Positions 14,101 through 26,169 of a stretch of 64,000 nt of DNA are shown piece by piece; positions within the stretch are counted from its first letter, which is position 1; each line of letters starts with the position of its first letter. The notes below the pieces were generated by a model. The model was not told the DNA's origin, ran no database searches, and saw only the letters and a list, made by a program, of their open reading frames with translations. Origin of the DNA: Takakia lepidozioides (lineage: Eukaryota > Plantae > Bryophyta); assembly GCA_030704615.1 (NCBI GenBank), contig CM060731.1:70308001-70372000 (forward strand), in the 5' to 3' direction. The translations under genes and the position numbers were made by a program.

Positions 14101-15052
14101 TTCTGGGAGGGCCATGGCGACACTTGTGCTCTACTTGCTGCTCTCTGCCTCTCTTGTTCCTGCCATGCTTACGTGGATCAGAATGCTAGTGGTATCGAAT
14201 GGATTTTACTTATATTGTCTGTTCTTGCAAATATCAGAGTAAATGGCTGAAATGAGAGTGATTTCTCCGCAAGATCTGAAGCAGCTGTGCTGTTGAGGAA
14301 CTGCTAGCAAATACTCATGCCATCACACCTTTGTTCTAGGGACCACATGTGGCCTTTTAGACTACTGCAGTTAGCTAACTTTAGGAATGGATGTGATCCT
14401 GTCATGGAGGCTAGACTGTGACCATCACACCTCTTGGTGGGCTAGATGTGTGTAGTCATTGATCTCTGTCTCCATTTCATTCTTGAGATCCTAGCACTAA
14501 TCATAGCAGTTCAGGTTGGTTGCTAACTTGCACTACTTCATGATGACCTAAATTGTGTGGAGTTTGTGGTGGTGGATTCACAGATTGAGCACCATTTGTT
14601 CCCGGCTGTTTGTCATCTTTACTATCCAAGCATTCAACCAATTGTTAAGGCGACTTGTGCGGAGTTCAATGTTCCTTACAATGCCTATCCAACTGTACAT
14701 ATCCGCACTTTAATCTTGATGTTCTTGCTTGAATGGGACCCTGGTCTTGAAAGTGTACTAGTGCAGTTGTTGTGTGCACATCGTATGTGTCAAGCTTGGA
14801 GTTGTCGTCAAGACACTATAGTTGCTGCTCGGAAGGAGTGATAATCATTGTTTCTGCAATGTGTTCTGCCAGCACCTGGCATCTTCTGTCAAAAGCACGT
14901 ACAACATCCTATACAGTTGCTTAGGCAGCTTGATTAGTGGAGAAATGTCAGGACTGACTAAGAATGTGTGGCTACAGTTTTGGGCTGCGCTGAAGGCACA
15001 CTTTGCATACCTCAAGAAAGTGGGCTTGGTTGAGCTTCGGTTAGATGGTTGA
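8172..15052 (+). CDS. Cytochrome b5-fused front-end fatty acid desaturase, delta-5 type (13 exons)
   Basis: Exons 8172-8362, 8872-8964, 9222-9375, 9533-9716, 10218-10287, 10582-10655, 11096-11163, 11553-11644, 12779-12923, 13279-13404, 14012-14083, 14584-14694, 14978-15052; all GT-AG with compatible phases. Cyt b5 motifs WLVIWGKVYDV and HPGG; His boxes HDGNH, HVVGHH, QIEHH. Confidence 0.93.
13460..13550 (+). mobile_element. tRNA-derived SINE fragment in a desaturase intron
   Basis: agcatccaacagatgctccagtggttagggcac...gtggttgtgggttcgaag...ataggtgtatg carries A-box/B-box-like motifs and matches the reverse complement of ~52720-52810. Confidence 0.55.
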
Positions 15053-16389
15053 GTTCCTACTCTGCTGGTGACTGCATGAGCAGCGATGCAGGCCAGAGGT
15101 AACAGCCTCCTTCAGCCCTGGGCTTCAACAGCAGTCTTAGATCATGTGTATGGCAAGATAAGGGCAGGTAGCAATCAGTGCCCCTGATCTTGTGTGAGAC
15201 CTTTTCTGTATTTTCGAGTGTGAGGCAGTCCCTGGAGAAAAGTGCTCCTCGAACTGCCAGGGAGCTTGCTTAGGAACCTTAAACTGGCCATAATCTTGTG
15301 AAGTGACACATCCGAAGTCAGATTATGGCAAGTTTCCACAGGGATCCAGAATGAGTTCCACTCAATAAGCCATTTGATCTTGATGTCCTTCACCAGCAGT
15401 AGCAGTGCCTTACAATACTGCTAGATCTGGTACGTGTTGTGTTGTTAACAAACTATGTTCTGGATGGTTGCAGGGGATTTTGCAAGATGCTGATGAGAGA
15501 GAATTCTTCAGCCTCGTCCCCGCACGGATATGAAGATGCTGATGTCTAAATGTTGTAGACATAAGGGCTAGGGTTAAGCTGTCTGTTATCATAACAATTC
15601 CACAATTGTCCGTATAGATTCATGTCCCGATCATTCGAACATTTTGAAACCCTCCTCTCAAAGGATTCAATGAGTGATGCATCTGTGGCTCTATGTTACT
15701 GCCTTGCTGAAGATTGAATGCTTTTGCAATGTACAGAGTGTATGTACTTCAGAATGTTGGAAACTCAATAGATCCTTACAACTTAGCCTGGGGAAACTGA
15801 TCCGGACATAGCTAAGTATTTTCACTGGAAGAGGCTGCAGACTGATTTGTACATGTCAATCTACAAATGTGCCAATCTAGTCTCACAGATACCCCTGCTA
15901 ACCCTTGATGTCCCAAGCACTCTGCAGAAAAACTGAACCTCCAGCCACATAAAGGCTCATCATCATAAGGTTCTGAGCTTTTAAGATCCTTAAAACTGAC
16001 CATATAGCACCTCCAAAAATCTCAGAATGCTCTACAATGGATAGGACAAAAGGTCTGATTTCTTATTACACTTCTTAAAACACAAGGTTTTTCCCAAGCG
16101 AGCACCAGTCTGACTCTGTAACAGACAACCCACCTTCCCTCACAAAATTTGGGGTTGTTTCTTTGAAGAGGTCTGCAAGCCGAGCACTGGATGCGCAGAA
16201 AAAAGCTTTCATCTCTTGTTTTGCTAACCGGATCAATCCTTTGGAATTTGGAAATTCGCAACAGTGAGTTGGAGTATGATCTGATGAAATTTGCTGCTGT
16301 TGTTTCTACAGGATCTGTAGGGTTTTGATGGATGAGACAAGAGAGCTCTTTCAATGCTTAGACAAACTGAACGCGGGTCCCGAGGTCTT

Positions 16390-16571
16390 CCCGACACATG
16401 CACAGCATCCAAGAAGCGTTAGCGCAGCCTTTCAACGAAGCAACGTGTTGTGGCCTGGTTCGAGTCGATGCCCACTTCCAGATGCCCACCACGTTGACAG
16501 ATTGTGCACAAGGATGGTTCCGCGTGTCGGAGACGTGCCAAGCTGCAATTGCGCAGCCTGGTGGATATATA
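16390..16571 (+). promoter_or_regulatory. LEA copy 1 promoter with ABRE/CE3-like motifs and TATA
   Basis: ACGT cores at ~16443, ~16491 and ~16533; CGCGTGTC at ~16521; TATATA at 16566-16571. The block is duplicated at ~18985-19120. Confidence 0.6.
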
Positions 16572-16941
16572 GGGCAGAACACCCTATGACCGTTCATCTA
16601 AAGATGGCGGAAGATCTAACGGTGAATTTTTGTCGTTTTTACCCCGGATAAATTGATAAGATGCCCCACATCTGGGGCATCCCAACACATTTGGAAGTGC
16701 ATGATTTCATGAAATCCACACAAAGTTCTGGGGTTTCAAAGTTGAACCAATCCGAATGCTTGTGTGAAGTTTGAGCCCTATGACCACTCATATTTCTTGG
16801 GGGGTTCTATCAAACAACTGTTTGCCAAGTGGCAAAAATGAGCAGTCTTGGGCCCAGCCATGGTCGCTCATGCAGGCCTGACCCAAGCAATTATGAGGTG
16901 AACGGTCATAGGAACTATAACGGTCATAGGGTGTTTTACCC
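16572..16941. mobile_element. MITE with 23-bp TIRs and TA target duplication, inserted at the TATA box
   Basis: Left end GGGCAGAACACCCTATGACCGTT; right end reverse complement GGGTAAAACACCCTATGACCGTT; TA at 16570-71 and 16942-43. Absent from the paralogous promoter at ~19120. Confidence 0.85.
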
Positions 16942-17122
16942 TACGCTGCCGTCTGCAATCTCCCAACAACCTGCATACTGCATACCTCGTCTTCGGTTTC
17001 TTGTGATTCGCGCCCTTCTGATTGTGAGAAAAGTGTACGCTAGCTGTCTGTGAAAAAGTGTTCGCTAGATACTTCACACTTGTTTGATTCACTTTTGAGT
17101 TTGTCGCCATACATCGCTGAAA

Positions 17123-17794
17123 ATGCAGGCTGTCAAGAATGCCGCTGCCACTGCAAAGGAGAAGGTGGGCAATGCAACTGCTAAGGTGGAAGAGAAGACG
17201 CACAAGAGCAAGGCCTCTGCAAACGAGAAGGTAAACTGTGTACAGATCTTTGATGTTCAGGAGCACTGCAGATCGCTGTCCATTTCTTCTTTTTCCTGCA
17301 GATGCGAGGAAGCCTGCATTGCTTTGTTACTTAGCATTATCAGGACACGATTCGCCAGTACTTATGCGACGTAAGGTCTGCGATGTATCGAGAGTGACAT
17401 TTTCTGGAGCCTAAGTCTGATTTCGGGGTAGATCATTGAAGTAATGGAAGTAAGCAAGCCTTGCATAAATCTGCGTAAGCAACAATTCAATGACGAAAAT
17501 GTGGTCGATTATGCTTGTTAAAAACAACTCCAATGAAATTGTTGATTGTAAAACTGATAAGCTCCTGTTTTGCAGACGGATAAGGTGATGGCTCACGATA
17601 AGGAGGGAAGGGAGGAGGCAGAAGATCGTAAGCACATGAGGGAACATGAAGCCGAGGCAATGAAAGACCAAAAGAAGATGGAAAACAAAGAAGAGAAAGA
17701 GCTGAAGCACGATGTCAAAGGACGACACGCTGCCGCTCAGACTGCCGCTGATCAAGCTTACAAAAACCCCAGCGCTGTCGCCCCTAATGTTTGA
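17123..17794 (+). CDS. LEA_1 / group 4 late embryogenesis abundant protein, copy 1
   Basis: Exons 17123-17230 and 17576-17794: MQAVKNAAATAKEKVGNATAKVEEKTHKSKASANEK|TDKVMAHDKEGREEAEDRK; hydrophilic, K/E/A-rich helical pattern of LEA_1. Confidence 0.85.
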
Positions 17795-18119
17795 GCTTGC
17801 TCTATGCAGCATTTTTAGTGCAGCATTTTAAGTCATGAAGCATTGTGTATCTCGGAAACGTTGGCTGTGTAGGAAACGTTGGCTGTGTACATAGTCGTCT
17901 CTGAGTACAAAAGAGTTTGCGATATGCAGCGACCATTCAAATACTGAGACATTTGTATCAGTGCAGTGCAATGCAATGAAATGTTTGTTCATATGAATAT
18001 ATATATCACGCTCGTTCGTGTCTGAAGTCGAGAGTTTGACTGCGACTGTTTCAAGTAGTGTCGACTGCTTGCTAGTCGTTGCTCAAAGCTTCGTTATACC
18101 TATTTAGAGCCTGGACAAT

Positions 18120-18570
18120 GGTTCACACATCTCTTTCTCATACTGGATATTGATTCACACATCTTTCTCATACTGGATATTGAAGATACAGTTTCTTCTA
18201 TCTCATACTGAATATTGAAGACAATTTTCTACATCTCTTTCTCATGGTTCACACATCTCTTTCTCATACTGGATATTGAAGATCCAGTTTCCTCTACACC
18301 TCTTTCTCATCCTGCATATTGAAGATACAGTTTCTTCTACATCTCTTTTCTCATACTGAATATTGTAGACACAGTTTCTTCTACATCTCTTTCTCATGGT
18401 TCACACATCTCTTTCTCATACTGAATATTGAAGATACAGTTTCCTCTACATTTCTTGCTCATACTGGATATTGAAGATAAAGTTTCTTCTTTCTCATACT
18501 GGATATTGAAGATACAGTTTCTTCTACATCTCTCTCTCATACCGGATATTGAAGATATAGTTTCTTCTAA
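18120..18570. repeat. Minisatellite, ~43-bp unit, about 10 copies
   Basis: Repeated tctctttctcatactggatattgaagatacagtttcttctaca with variants. Confidence 0.9.
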
Positions 18571-19275
18571 TTAGCATACAGGGTCTACATGCTGATTTCA
18601 GCTGAGAGTCTTCTCTCTCTACACAGATTGCTCCAAAGGAAGATCCATGTTGCAGCTGATGGCATGTACCCATCTTATGAATTCATCTCTGGTTGAAAAT
18701 TATAAATTACAGATTTTTGGGAGTAATATGAAATCCAAGGCTTCGCCACCTTCTTGTCGGGAGAGAGAAGGAATGTATCAACATAATGTAGAGGGATACA
18801 CTCGACAAGTAAACTGCTTGCAATAGATTATGGATCTAATGAGCAAACAAATGCAACTGCCATAAATACTGCACACACAGTTCTGTTTTCCCTGCTGCAC
18901 ACAACTACAAACTTAATCGAGAAAAACTAAGCGCAATTGCACAGCGGAACACAGGCTTCAGAAGTCTCTTGAAATAATTTTCAACAGAGCAACGTGTTGT
19001 GGCGTGGTTGGAGTCGATTCACACTTCCAGATGGCCACCACGTTGACAGATTGTGCACAAAGATCGTTCCGCGTGTCGGAGACATGCCAAGCTGCAATTG
19101 CGCAGTCTGGTGGATATATAAGCTGCCGTTTGCAGTCTCTCATCAACATGCATACCTCGTCTTTTGTTTCTTGTGATTCGCGCTCTTCCAATTGTGAGAA
19201 AGTGTTCGCTAGCTGTCTGTCGGTACTTGACACTTGTTTAATTTGCTTTGAGTTTGTCGCAATACATCGCTGAAA

Positions 19276-19989
19276 ATGCAGGCTGTCAAGAATGTCGCTG
19301 CCACCGCAAAGGAGAAGGTGGGCAATGTAACTGCTAAGGTGGAGGAGAAGACTCACAAGAGCAAGCCTCTGCAAACGAGAAGGTAAACTGTGTACAGACC
19401 TTTGATGTTCAGGAGCACTGCTGATCGCTGTCCATTCTCTGTCCATTTCTTCTTTTTCCCTGCAGATGCGAGGATGCCTGTATTGCTTTGTTACTTCCGG
19501 TTTTTGAATTACGACGGACTTGGAGAGCAATACCAGGACACGATTCGCCACTACTTAAGAGATTAGGTCTGAGATGTACCTAAAGTGTTTTCTGGAGCTT
19601 AAGTCTGATTTCTGGGTAGATCATTGAAATAATGGAAGTAACCAAGCCCTGCATAAAATCTGCGTAGCTTCAATTCAGTGTCACTACAATGACATCAGCT
19701 CCAATGAATTAACATTTGAAAACTGTTGATTGTAAAACTGACACGAGCTCCTGTTTTGCAGACGGATAAGGTGAAGGTTCACGATAAGGAGGGAAGGGAG
19801 GAGGCAGAAGATCGTAAGCAAATGAGGGAATATGAAGCCGAGGCAATGAAAGACCAAAAGAAGATGGAAAATCAAGAAGAGAAGAACAAGCTGAAGCAAG
19901 ATGTGAACGGACGACACGCTGCCGCTCAGACTGCCGCTGATCAAGCTTACAAAAACCCCCGTGCTGTAGTCCCAGGGCCTCACGCTTGA
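19276..19989 (+). pseudogene. LEA_1 copy 2 with a 1-bp deletion in exon 1
   Basis: Exon 1 19276-19382 is 107 nt versus 108 in copy 1 (agcaagcctct vs agcaaggcctct); exon 2 19762-19989 is intact. Could be a sequencing error. Confidence 0.75.
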
Positions 19990-20395
19990 GCTTGTTCTAT
20001 GCAACATTATTAGTGCAGATAAGTCATGAAGCATTGTGTATTTAGGAGACGTTGGCTGTGTACATAGTCGTCTCTGAGTACAAAAGAGTTTGCCATATGC
20101 ATCGACCATACAAACACAGAGACATTTGTAGCATTGCAGTGCAGTGCAATGAAATGTTTGTTCATATGAATAAATATATATCACGCTCGTTCGTATAAGT
20201 CGAGAGTTTGACTACGACTATTCAAGTAGTGTAGACCGCTTGCTAATCCTTGCTTATAACAGGGAAATCGCATTGGCTTTGTACATCTCAAAGCTTCATT
20301 ACACCTATTTGGAGCCTGCAGAATGGTTCTCATACTGGATATTGAAGATACAGTTTCTTCAAATAAGCATACATCGTCTACATGTTGGTTTCAGC

Positions 20396-20709
20396 CACAG
20401 TCACCGTGAACGTCCGGAGAGCCTTAGGAGAACGTCGTTTCTGACGTTCGTGCTGTAAAAAAAAAGAAACGTAGGGAAAACGTTTAGATTTGGATGATAA
20501 TTTTTTCATCCAAAATTTGATTGGATGAAAACTCGGGCAACAAACCCTAGAGCCCTGCTAGAACAGATTCTGTCGAAATCAGGCAACTACGTTCATTGCT
20601 CATGCCGTTTTCTGTTACGTTTTCTAATTTCCTCTTCTATGAGAACGCCCGTTTTTTACGTTTTCAAGCATTGATTTTGTGAACTCGTTTTCCGTTCGCC
20701 GTGACTGGG
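20396..20709. mobile_element. hAT-type MITE
   Basis: 8-bp TSD GTTTCAGC (20388-95 and 20710-17); TIR CACAGTCACCGTGAACG vs reverse complement CCCAGTCACGGCGAACG; empty site present in paralogous regions at ~18595 and ~38265. Confidence 0.85.
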
Positions 20710-20793
20710 GTTTCAGCTCAGTGTCTTCTCTCTCTACACATATTGCTCCAAAGGAAGAACACATCAATGTTTCAACTGATCGCATGTACCCTC

Positions 20794-22680
20794 CGTTCGA
20801 TTATCCACACCCGACCTGTAGTTAGCCGGCAGTTTTACATGGTACCATCTAGTTGGTTCTAGCACGTAGCAAGATTACCCTTGAGTTATAATGACACAGA
20901 ATTGTGCCTGCAACTCCAACTATATATATTCTTGAATTCAATTTCATGAACACTTAGTCGGTGATTCTGTAAATGTCAACGTGGTATCAGAGCATAGCAT
21001 GACTGAGTGAGTAGTTTGTTGAGATCCAAGAACGTGAGAACAGCTCCGTTCCCTCACTTTTGCCTGTCCAAGAATACTGTTAGTGAGCTTAGCTCCTTAA
21101 AAGATCATTGTGTCTAGCATAGCGTGAGCTCAGCGCTGTAGCAGCCTACATAGCAGCCTACAGGTTCATTTGTCCTCGTTCACTTCAAGTTTGGTTATTC
21201 TTCTTCTTTACTCAATTTACTGATTTTCTTTCTTTCTCCGATGACCAGTCAAGATCCAGTCTCCGAGGTCAACAAGTTGAGTAGTCCTTTGAATTACACA
21301 ACCTGGAAATTCAGACTCAAGAATATCCTCCTTCGAGAGGTCTTATGGGACATAGTTGATCACCTCACTCCTACTAGAGCATTCGACCCTGAGAATGCTG
21401 ATCAAATTGAGAACATGCGAAAGATGAGAGTGAAAGCTCTCACCACTTTGAATCTTTCTGTCAAAGACCATATTGATCATGCCTTCCATTGCACATTTTT
21501 TGGATCCAAAACAGAGCTGGAGGTACCTTGCCGATTTGTAGATGGCTCCTAACAATGCAACTCGTTTGATGCTAAAGGACAAGCTAACTACGATCAAGCT
21601 TGGTGATTGTACGGCTGTTGCAGATTATCTTACAAAGATCCAAGAAATTCAGTTTTGAGCTCATGGGCATTGGGGAAGCAACTCTGACAGAGACTTGGAA
21701 AATGCTCAACACTCTCCCTAGGTAACATCTATAGTGGGGTTCTATAGTCCTTCAACGGCAACATGCAACTACCAACTTTTGCTCAAGTTTCGAGCAGGTT
21801 GCTGCAAGAAGAGAACAAACTCGCGTTGAGCAGTGGACGTTGGACCAGACCAGAGAAAATTCACCGATGAAGAAGGAACATCTCTCGATTTTGAATGTGG
21901 CATCAATGCCCTAGATTTAGAGAAGGAGACAGATTGGTACGTTGACTCAGGTGCATCTAGGCACGTAGCAGCAGAGAGAACGGCCTTTCATTCGATAGCT
22001 CCCCCAGAAATCACACAGTCACATGTTAAGACTGTAGGCCGAGGCGAACCTCATGTCATTGAGGGCAGAGGCACTGTGAATCTTGCCTTCACAAATGGGG
22101 AAATAATTGATAATGTTCTTTTGTGCCAGATCTTACCAAGAATTTGCTTTGGTTGGGTCTCTCACAGATACCGGTTTAATCTTGATCTTTAATGACAAGC
22201 ATTGCAGCAAAGGATACCAACTCAGATTTGCTCAGTCGAAGATCCTTCTTGGCTATGGCATCGTAGACTTGGACACCTTAATCCTCAAAGTGTACACTTC
22301 ATTTCCACAAAGGGCCTGGCCACTGGCATACCTCCGATTAATCTATCTTCACACATCTGTCAGGGATGCATGGAGGGGAAACAACATCGCGAAAAGGCTC
22401 TAAACAAGCAACACCATACATAGAGATGCTCATATATTGGAACTCGTACATTTTGACCTATGTGGTCCGCATTCTGCATCACATGGTGGATCACAGTACT
22501 TCCTGACATTCATCGATGACCACAGCCGGAAGGGATGGGTCTATTTCTTGAAGCACAAGTCTCAAGCTTTCTCTTACTTTAAGAATTCAAAGCACTTGTG
22601 GAGAATCTCACTGTCAAGATCGAGGAGGTAGGTACCTTTATGAGGATTTCATGTCATTCTGTGATGAACAGGGAATGAGG
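20794..22680 (+). mobile_element. Ty1/Copia retrotransposon 5' part: LTR, PBS, degenerate gag-protease-integrase
   Basis: LTR ~20794-20980; PBS TGGTATCAGAGC at 20982; gag NYTTWKFRLKNILLREVLWDIV; protease WYVDSGASRH; WLWHRRLGH; CQGCMEGKQ; [10 protein letters not shown]; [19 protein letters not shown]. Frameshifted. Confidence 0.93.
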
Positions 22681-22784
22681 GGAAGTCTCTTCCATTTTAT
22701 TGGAAACGGCGTGCAAAAAAATATAGGGTAACATATATTCTTTGAAGATAAAATTTATAATATTTTTAGAAATAAAATTGGGTG

Positions 22785-23380
22785 TCTTTATTTGTTTCTG
22801 CTGGCTGCAGACTGCCTTGGGTATTTTCTGGATGGAAAAGAAGACCTCATTGGTTTAAACCCCCCGTCTGTCTTACGGCCTCTTCTCTTCGGTTAAGACC
22901 TCCATGTATGCAGATGATATTGTTATGTTGATTGACAATAGCTCAGCTCAGAATGTGGTTAGGGCATGCACAGCCTTGGACACCTTTTGTCTGGCCTCGG
23001 GTCTCAAGGTGAATTGGTCAAAGTCTATTGGTCTCCTCTCAAAACTCCCTGACCCTGCTGTAGCCATGCATTGCCCCCCGTGGGGTGCTGACCTGGGATT
23101 AAGATGGTTGGAAGATGGCCAGGTCCATACACTTCTTGGATTTCAATTCGGGCATAACATCTCGGAGGATTAGCTCTTTGAGCAGGTGCTACAGAAGCTC
23201 CGTCAGAACATTGCATACTGGAGCTCGACCTGGCTGGCAGAGCTCTGGTTCTCAATCAAATACTGTTGGCTGCAATCTGGTTTTTTGCTTCGGTTTGGAG
23301 TCCGGGCTCAGCAGTAGTCCAATCAATAAAGGTGTTGTTGCGAAATTTCCTTTGGGGAGCCACGGCAGCAGTTCCTAGAA
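22785..23380 (+). mobile_element. LINE (L1-like) reverse transcriptase fragment
   Basis: YLFVLAADCL, MYADD, FCLASGLKVNWSKS, LAGRALVLNQ, LLRNFLWG; frameshifted. Confidence 0.85.
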
Positions 23381-25130
23381 GAAGAGCATTGAACCTCAGA
23401 GTAGGAGAGAGGAAATGGTTACCAGAGGACATCCATATGAGGGACAAATGCTCCATAACTTCTTGGTTTTTCATGAAAGAGGGATTGAGCTTGAAGAACC
23501 CCCTTCCTTTGGGGCGCACCCCCGGGGCCAATGAAGGCCAATTTAATCTCAGCATGATCAAAACCATGCAGGATAGGGCCCAACGGGGCGATGGAGGTCC
23601 AAGAGAGAATAGCAGGGGAGCAGTAAATCTTGTCCAGCCTGGCCATACATAGGGGGGCGGGGGGTATTCTATTATTTGACCAAGTGAATCTAAGGGAACC
23701 ATCTGGGGGAATGGAAGCATCTACCAGGCCGATCAGCAGATAGAGGGAATCCCAAGCTACCAGTTCTTCCACCGAAAGAGAGGTATGCCAATCTATCCAT
23801 TCCACGGTCAGTCATGTTGCAATCTCCAGCAAGAATCCAGTGGTCAATCTCAAGATGCCTCCTTATATTCAAGCACAACAAATCCCAGAATTCAACCCTC
23901 TCCTGAACCAGATTAGAGGCATACACATTTATAATCCATATCTTATTCTGGCCTCCAGGGGCTGTGAAAACACCAAATTGAGCTCTTCCTTGAATCCACA
24001 CTTCATGAAAACCAAAATATGGAAGAAAAGAGGGCGAAATAAGAATTGCAGTCCCCCCTCTTGCATCAGCCACTGAACGGTTCCACCAGGCTGCTTGAAG
24101 CGGCCAGATTGAATTACCCAAGTTTGCGATCTTAACATCATCTAGTTTGTGTTCTTGCAAAAAAACCACAGAGCTAGACGAGATAAGAGGGGCTGCCCAA
24201 GTCCTAATCCTTGACCGCTTAGGAGCTGACGCGTCCGACCCTAAACCCCTAATGTTCCAAGATCTGAGTGTGAAATTCATGAGAAGGGGAGAGAGAGGCC
24301 CGAGAGCAAGTCCCGAAATGATGGCCCATAAGCAGAGAAGTGAAATAGGGTGCGATTGTCCGCCGGAGGGAGAACAGAGAGCCAAAGGAAGTGCGTCAGC
24401 CTAAAAATCGCGACCAGTATGGAGCCTCTGGGATGTTTGTCTAGGCCCAAGGCCTTCACCCATCGGTTCTTCTTCAACATAGTGCGATAATACAGGAGTG
24501 AACCCATGAATCCGAGGAACGTTGCCACCTCCTGCAGCTTATGGCCCACTACCTCCGGATCCAAGCTGTTAAAGAACCAAACCGGCAAAACCCGAAGGAA
24601 TGTGTGATCCCTGACAAGCACCAGACATCTTTTGCAAGAGAGACTTCAACACGAGCAAGACATGGACCGTCGAGAAATCATGGCCCGGGGAGTTCTCCAC
24701 AAAAGCCCCGAAGTGTACCACTGCCTCTTGCGATAGATGGAATTGGAAGCACCTAGTGGCTGTCACCCATAGCACCATGTCCACCTCTCGACGAGCATGG
24801 AACATCGCCGCCACTTTTGTGGAGACCCAAGAGCCCACTATCCCTTTATCTCCACCCAAAAGACATAGCGCAGGGAAGCCATCCTTGTGCCTATAGATGA
24901 TCGGTGAGATATGGATTGCAGCAGTACTTTTAACTATAGCGTTCTCAGGAGACCACTATCCCAAGGAAAGACCCGCAAAAGATCTAAGAGCCAAGCAGTT
25001 CGTGGCCAAATTGTCAATGGGGGCATCCATTGCATCACTACAACAAATTGCGGCTTTTACGTCTCTTTGTTATGACTGCAAATGCAGTCATGGAAGCCAT
25101 TTACGACTTCCTGACTCCGAAGACGTAAAG
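23381..25130 (-). mobile_element. LINE AP-endonuclease and upstream (ORF1) fragment
   Basis: SWNIRGLG, VFLQEHKL, NVYAS, WILAGDCNM, FTWSN, ARLDKIY, DHA, FKLNPS motifs on the minus strand. Confidence 0.85.
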
Positions 25131-26169
25131 CCCTAGTCAGTTGTGACATGGCAGATATGACTCTCCAGGCTGGCTGTGACGTGGCGCCTGAGTAGCTGTG
25201 GGGTAGTCATACACGCTGGCTTTACTGAATGACTGAACAGAGAGTGTAGTCCATGTCAGCGGCTGTGCAAGAGTGGCACGTGCTCGATATAGGAAATGAC
25301 ACGTGGCAGAATGTTCGCTCTCCATGACTACGGGCGTGCTAATCCGGTTGCAACACGTGGCGCGTTGCAATTTTTACACGTGGTCCCTCAACAGATTGAC
25401 ATGTGTCATGATGGCTGTTTTTTGGGGTGTATTGCTATTTTTTTATATATTTGTATTTCTGCCACGTGGTGTAGTACTATTGAAGAGTGAAAATAGATGT
25501 AGTCATTATTATAACTATGATAGCAGTCATGTACATGTCTATTACAACAATGAAATATAATATATAATACAAAGAGAACAAGGCAGCAAGACATAACTGC
25601 AACAAGCTGAGCAAAACCAAGAGATTGTGCACCATCTCTATTTACCAATCTATTTATCATTATCATTTTTGTCGCGATCTAAAAATACATAAAATAGTCA
25701 CATGTTCTCCTGTGAATTATATTGTCTAACTATAACACTTTGAAAAGTGTTCACCTAGAATCTTCTAACTACTCATGTATTCCATCAATCTGCAACCCAT
25801 CAAAAACTAAGGCTTGCATGGCTTTAAGAATTACTACGGCAAGGACATCTGTTTGTTTTCCAAGTTCTTGCATAAGATGCAGCTATACTCCAAAGCGTCC
25901 AGGGAAGGTCACTGAGCAACCTGCCACGGCGGAAACAATTAAGAGAATTATCTAATACCATATATGAAAAACCAATGCCAGTGTTGTTTATGGTAACTTT
26001 TATCCCATGGACTCGTAAACAAACCAAAGCAAAAAGGTTGGTGTGTGTTGGCGAAGTCGTCAGATACTTCACAAAGAAACATGCACTAAAAATGAGAGCC
26101 GGGAGGATAGGAAGGTCACTCACGTTTATACAAAGACATCTTGCCCATTGCCCAGCACACTGCGTCACC

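Noticed and set aside
18120-18570. CRISPR-like array
   Set aside because: Units are contiguous with no unique spacers, no cas genes, eukaryotic context.
22785-25130. Twin-priming 5' inversion of a LINE
   Set aside because: Twin priming gives divergent halves joined at their 5' sides plus a polyA end; here the halves converge and no tail is seen.
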